Assembly: GCA_027046625.1 (NCBI GenBank)
Contig: JALTXX010000018.1
Span: 1-30,885, forward strand
Reading direction: 5' to 3'
Source of the DNA: Candidatus Micrarchaeota archaeon
GTDB lineage: Archaea > Iainarchaeota > Iainarchaeia > JAADDC01
DNA: 30,885 nucleotides
The position numbers were made by a program, and so were the translations under genes. The notes beneath the pieces are model-generated. The model was not told the origin of the DNA, searched no databases, and worked only from the letters and a program-made list of their open reading frames with translations. Of this stretch, positions 27,833 through 30,885 are shown piece by piece (the first letter of the stretch is position 1; the number at the start of each line of letters is the position of its first letter).

Positions 27833-28285
27833 ATGCGTGGCGTTTCAAGGATTGTTACAACATCTGCGCTGGTTCTCATGGGATTAGCACTACTAGCTGC
27901 CATATATCCTACCCTACACTCTGCTGTTACAGGCTTGGCAGACGCTATAGGGGTAGGGACGAGAAATCTATCCACATATGCAAAATCTGACGTAGTAATA
28001 GTTCCGCCACCTGCACACAATCCACTTAATGTAAACCAAACACTCATTATACATAACATGGGCTCTACAGTGCTCACACAAGCAAGAGTTATTATGATAG
28101 ACGTTAACGGCAATAGTACCGATTTGAATTTTGTTATACTAGGAGAGAACGGATCTTTCATTTCAAAAAATGATATAAACCCTGGAGAAGCTATTATCGC
28201 AACAGTACCATCAAAGCCCTCTTATATAGGCTATACATTCCTGTTCATTAGTAGAGAATACACCGAAAGTGAGAAGGTGGGATAA
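27833..28285 (+). CDS. Class III signal peptide protein, ArlG/FlaG- or pilin-like
   Basis: MRG|VS followed by a hydrophobic helix; HNMGS and INPGE motifs; start ATG 27833. Confidence 0.65.
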   Translation: MRGVSRIVTTSALVLMGLALLAAIYPTLHSAVTGLADAIGVGTRNLSTYAKSDVVIVPPPAHNPLNVNQTLIIHNMGSTVLTQARVIMIDVNGNSTDLNFVILGENGSFISKNDINPGEAIIATVPSKPSYIGYTFLFISREYTESEKVG

Positions 28286-28716
28286 TGGAAAACCTTGTAA
28301 TATTCATTGTACTCATGTGGATCTTGATTACCATGGCTTTCTCTATATTCACAGCTATAGATCAGAGAACGTTGATGTTGCTGGATGTGTGGAGACCCAA
28401 GCTGAAGGGTGAATTATACATAACAGAGATTAATGGTGTCATCCACACCACCCTAGTAACTACTACAAATATCCTAAAGGTAAGATTCATTTGCTGGAAC
28501 GCAAACAATCCAACAGATGTGTATCTCATAAACTCTGATAGGGGGGCTGTCATAGATTACGCTCCCGTACCAGGTTATAAGACAGCTGATTATAATTTGT
28601 TGGATTACAATTCCACTCCTCTGCTGGGTGGAGGGGGGCTATCAGAGGTAAATAACCTTAGCTGTGTATTTCTAGGGAAAGGCTTTATCCAACCATACGC
28701 TCCGATCGGTCAATAA
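28285..28716 (+). CDS. Membrane-anchored hypothetical protein (partner of the upstream pilin-like gene)
   Basis: TAATG coupling; N-terminal TM; 2 Cys. Confidence 0.55.
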   Translation: MENLVIFIVLMWILITMAFSIFTAIDQRTLMLLDVWRPKLKGELYITEINGVIHTTLVTTTNILKVRFICWNANNPTDVYLINSDRGAVIDYAPVPGYKTADYNLLDYNSTPLLGGGGLSEVNNLSCVFLGKGFIQPYAPIGQ

Positions 28717-29239
28717 GTTCAAGGAGCTTTTTGAATTTTTCCTTTAGTGAGGAAAACCAATTTGACTGGATAATATGTCTTGTCTTAAGCTTTATCTCAG
28801 CCAGCTCATCCAAAGACACATAGAGGCTATCTATTACCTCCTTAATGCTCCTTAAGCCTGTATCCGTACGTATGAAGATGCGCTTTAATGCATCTTCTAT
28901 CGCTTTATGTGCCATGTTTTCACTTACATCTGTTTCTTCTACATAATAAGTTACTTTCCAATCCTTAATATCCTGAAATTCATGGGCTGGATTCTTACCT
29001 TCCTTGAAGAAGTCTACAAGAGGTTTCAAAGCATTGTCTGGGATTATTACGGAATTTCTTCCTTGTTTTATGTAGGGATATAGGGTAAGAACGCCCTCTC
29101 TATAATATACATACATTTTTCCGTTAGATTTCTTTACTACCTGAGTATATCCATAAAGTGCACGGAAGAATCGTTGATATTCATACTTTGGAGATGGTCT
29201 TTCACCCTGATACTTATATCTTATCAGATATCCTTTCAT
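28685..29239 (-). CDS. Conserved hypothetical protein, possible Cas2/VapD/PaaX-like ferredoxin fold
   Basis: YLIRY...FFRALYGY...Y.Y..EGVL...SVII pattern; the fold assignment is inference. Confidence 0.55.
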   Translation of the reverse strand: MKGYLIRYKYQGERPSPKYEYQRFFRALYGYTQVVKKSNGKMYVYYREGVLTLYPYIKQGRNSVIIPDNALKPLVDFFKEGKNPAHEFQDIKDWKVTYYVEETDVSENMAHKAIEDALKRIFIRTDTGLRSIKEVIDSLYVSLDELAEIKLKTRHIIQSNWFSSLKEKFKKLLELIDRSERMVG

Positions 29240-29242
29240 GGC

Positions 29243-29708
29243 ATACCCCCTTACTTCCGGTAAACATAGATGTACTAGTTAAGACTAACTTCGTTATGTA
29301 TAAAAATAAATAGTATTAATAGTTATCTTCTAAAGGAAAGAAGTCCCCCTCTGGGTCTTTCAGATTGTGATGCAGGTTGTGGCTTTGCTTTACCTATCAG
29401 AATAATATCCTTTACAGCTACAACCCTGTCGTAGTTTATAGACTTCTTCTTCAGTATTTGGACAATATCGTGTTTGCTCGTTAGTCTAAAAGGTTCGAGG
29501 GTTATCTTGAAGATTTTGCCTTCTTCAAGATCTATAATAAAGTCATAGGCCTTGCCTACGTACTCCGCATCTGTGGTATATATATCCATTCCAAACATAC
29601 GAGAGAGCTCAATGGCCATCTCCCTCACCTCCTCATGAGTATGTTTTTCCCCTATAAAAACCTATTGGTTGTTGGCATGAAGCGGGAATACCGGAAGTAA
29701 AGGGGTAT
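29243..29708. repeat. Inverted pair of 20-nt elements TACCGGAAGTAA(G/A)GGGGTAT (29243-29262 minus; 29689-29708 plus)
   Basis: 19/20 identity; terminal G-string reminiscent of ORB elements. Confidence 0.7.
29323..29628 (-). CDS. PRC-barrel domain protein (CdpB-like)
   Basis: LSRMFGMDIYTTDAEYVGKAYDFIIDLEEGKI...INYDRVVAVKDIILI. Confidence 0.88.
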   Translation of the reverse strand: MREMAIELSRMFGMDIYTTDAEYVGKAYDFIIDLEEGKIFKITLEPFRLTSKHDIVQILKKKSINYDRVVAVKDIILIGKAKPQPASQSERPRGGLLSFRR

Positions 29709-29713
29709 AAAAT

Positions 29714-29758
29714 TTTATACATAACAAAGATCCATGCGGCATCTTTGTTATGTATAAA
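29714..29758. repeat. 18-bp perfect inverted repeat with 9-nt spacer, followed by an AT-rich tract
   Basis: TTTATACATAACAAAGAT (29714-29731) / ATCTTTGTTATGTATAAA (29741-29758). Confidence 0.85.
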
Positions 29759-29886
29759 TATGATTAAAAATAATATATAGACTTTAATTGAGAAATAAAA
29801 TAATATGAATATTAAGGAGCTAGAAAATTTTGATAATTAAACTAACATAGTTATTTTTTATAAAAGTTATTTTTCATTATACCTTC

Positions 29887-30168
29887 ATGTTAGAGGTGTT
29901 CCTAAAGAGAAAGAATGTAGAGCTTATCATCCTCTTGAGGGATAAAAACACCAAGTGGTATACCTCCCTACTCTCAAAGCAAACCGATCTAACATACCCG
30001 CATACAGTGTACATCATAAGGAAACTAGAAGATGCAGGTCTTGTAACAACAAAAAAGAAAGGTAGAACAAGATACGTAGAACTCACAGAGAGGGGTGAAG
30101 AGGTAGCTATAGCTCTGGAAAACGCCTATAGACAACTTAAGCGTATTGAGGAAGAAAATTCTGGCTAA
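29887..30168 (+). CDS. MarR/ArsR-like winged-HTH regulator
   Basis: YTSLLSKQTDLTYPH...IIRKLEDAGLV...KKGRTRYVELTERG. Confidence 0.85.
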   Translation: MLEVFLKRKNVELIILLRDKNTKWYTSLLSKQTDLTYPHTVYIIRKLEDAGLVTTKKKGRTRYVELTERGEEVAIALENAYRQLKRIEEENSG

Positions 30169-30359
30169 AGCCAAACAGTAACTTAGCTGCCCCATCCCCC
30201 TCCCCTAATCAACATTCCATGCCACAGACATTTCCATCATCCATTCTGTGTAAAACAAAAAATTTATCTTTAAAGCCAAAAAATTGTGTTATTAACCCCT
30301 ACAACCTGAGTTTACCGGCCCCCATAAATTTTTATGTGTTAATACCATAAAATTTTGCT

Positions 30360-30815
30360 ATGAAGTACATCATATCAGAAGAGCCTCCCATCCCAAAGGA
30401 GGTTACAAGCCCCGACACTATAGCTTACTATATCGCAAAGTCTCTAGATCTAATACCTGAAAGGGGAAAGGGAGATGTAGCTATTGAGATGTTAAAGTTG
30501 TTTGCACAAATATCTTCCATAAGAGAGGGCTATATAGAAGAGAAAGGTAAGAAATTTTACGTGAAAAACGGCATGATGAAGGCCAAAGATATAAGAGAGT
30601 ACCTTGAGGCGAAAGGAAAACGCATAAGCCAGTCCCAGTTCTACCGCACCTATCTTGAAAGATTTATAGAAAGGGGTTTGCTGCGTAAGCAAGGGGTATA
30701 CTATGGTCTAAAAGCTCCCACCTTAGCACTAACTTTGGGGGAGGTAAGGAGGGGTGTAATGTACCTTCTGGATAGGTTGGAAGAACATGCGCAGCGGTTG
30801 GGTCGTTATGTATAA
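30360..30815 (+). CDS. Winged-HTH protein, paralogue of 11959-12330
   Basis: Shared P...P..I/M.Y...SL.. N-terminus and GL..K.G..Y.L...TL..T..E.......L..L...A C-terminus. Confidence 0.7.
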   Translation: MKYIISEEPPIPKEVTSPDTIAYYIAKSLDLIPERGKGDVAIEMLKLFAQISSIREGYIEEKGKKFYVKNGMMKAKDIREYLEAKGKRISQSQFYRTYLERFIERGLLRKQGVYYGLKAPTLALTLGEVRRGVMYLLDRLEEHAQRLGRYV

Positions 30816-30885
30816 ATGCTAGATATAAATATAAGTATTTACTAGTAAATATATAGGTATATATTGTATTTATCTAAAATAATAT

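Overview
Gene-dense archaeal chromosomal segment. Evidence for archaeal origin: S3Ae, S15, Bud32, Rpp21, MCM, CarS, TFE, CDC48, a BHB-intron tRNA-Tyr and class III pilins. Compact, partly truncated genes suggest a reduced DPANN-type, probably thermophilic, archaeon (inference). The window holds housekeeping genes, three tRNAs (Tyr with intron, Gln, Lys), a pilin-like cluster, a divergent hsp20 / wHTH-cdc48 heat-shock locus and two PRC-barrel genes. The standout is a ~10 kb, almost entirely minus-strand cluster (14657-24732). It contains a radical SAM/SPASM enzyme with its own 9x His-x-Asp tail, directly downstream of a protein with ~50 aromatic-x-(Asp/Asn) triplets (the triceptide/cyclophane substrate pattern). 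These are flanked by a secreted fibre-like adhesin, two leaderless proteins sharing an N-terminal module, and tatC-tatA plus a tiny Tat-signal protein. This is a candidate poly-crosslinked, Tat-exported surface-fibre system. The second notable signal is the 10-mer TATACATAAC, found 10 times in different reading frames and converging on an AT-rich, inverted-repeat-rich region at ~29.2-29.9 kb where its strand bias flips. All family assignments are from motif recognition, not database searches.
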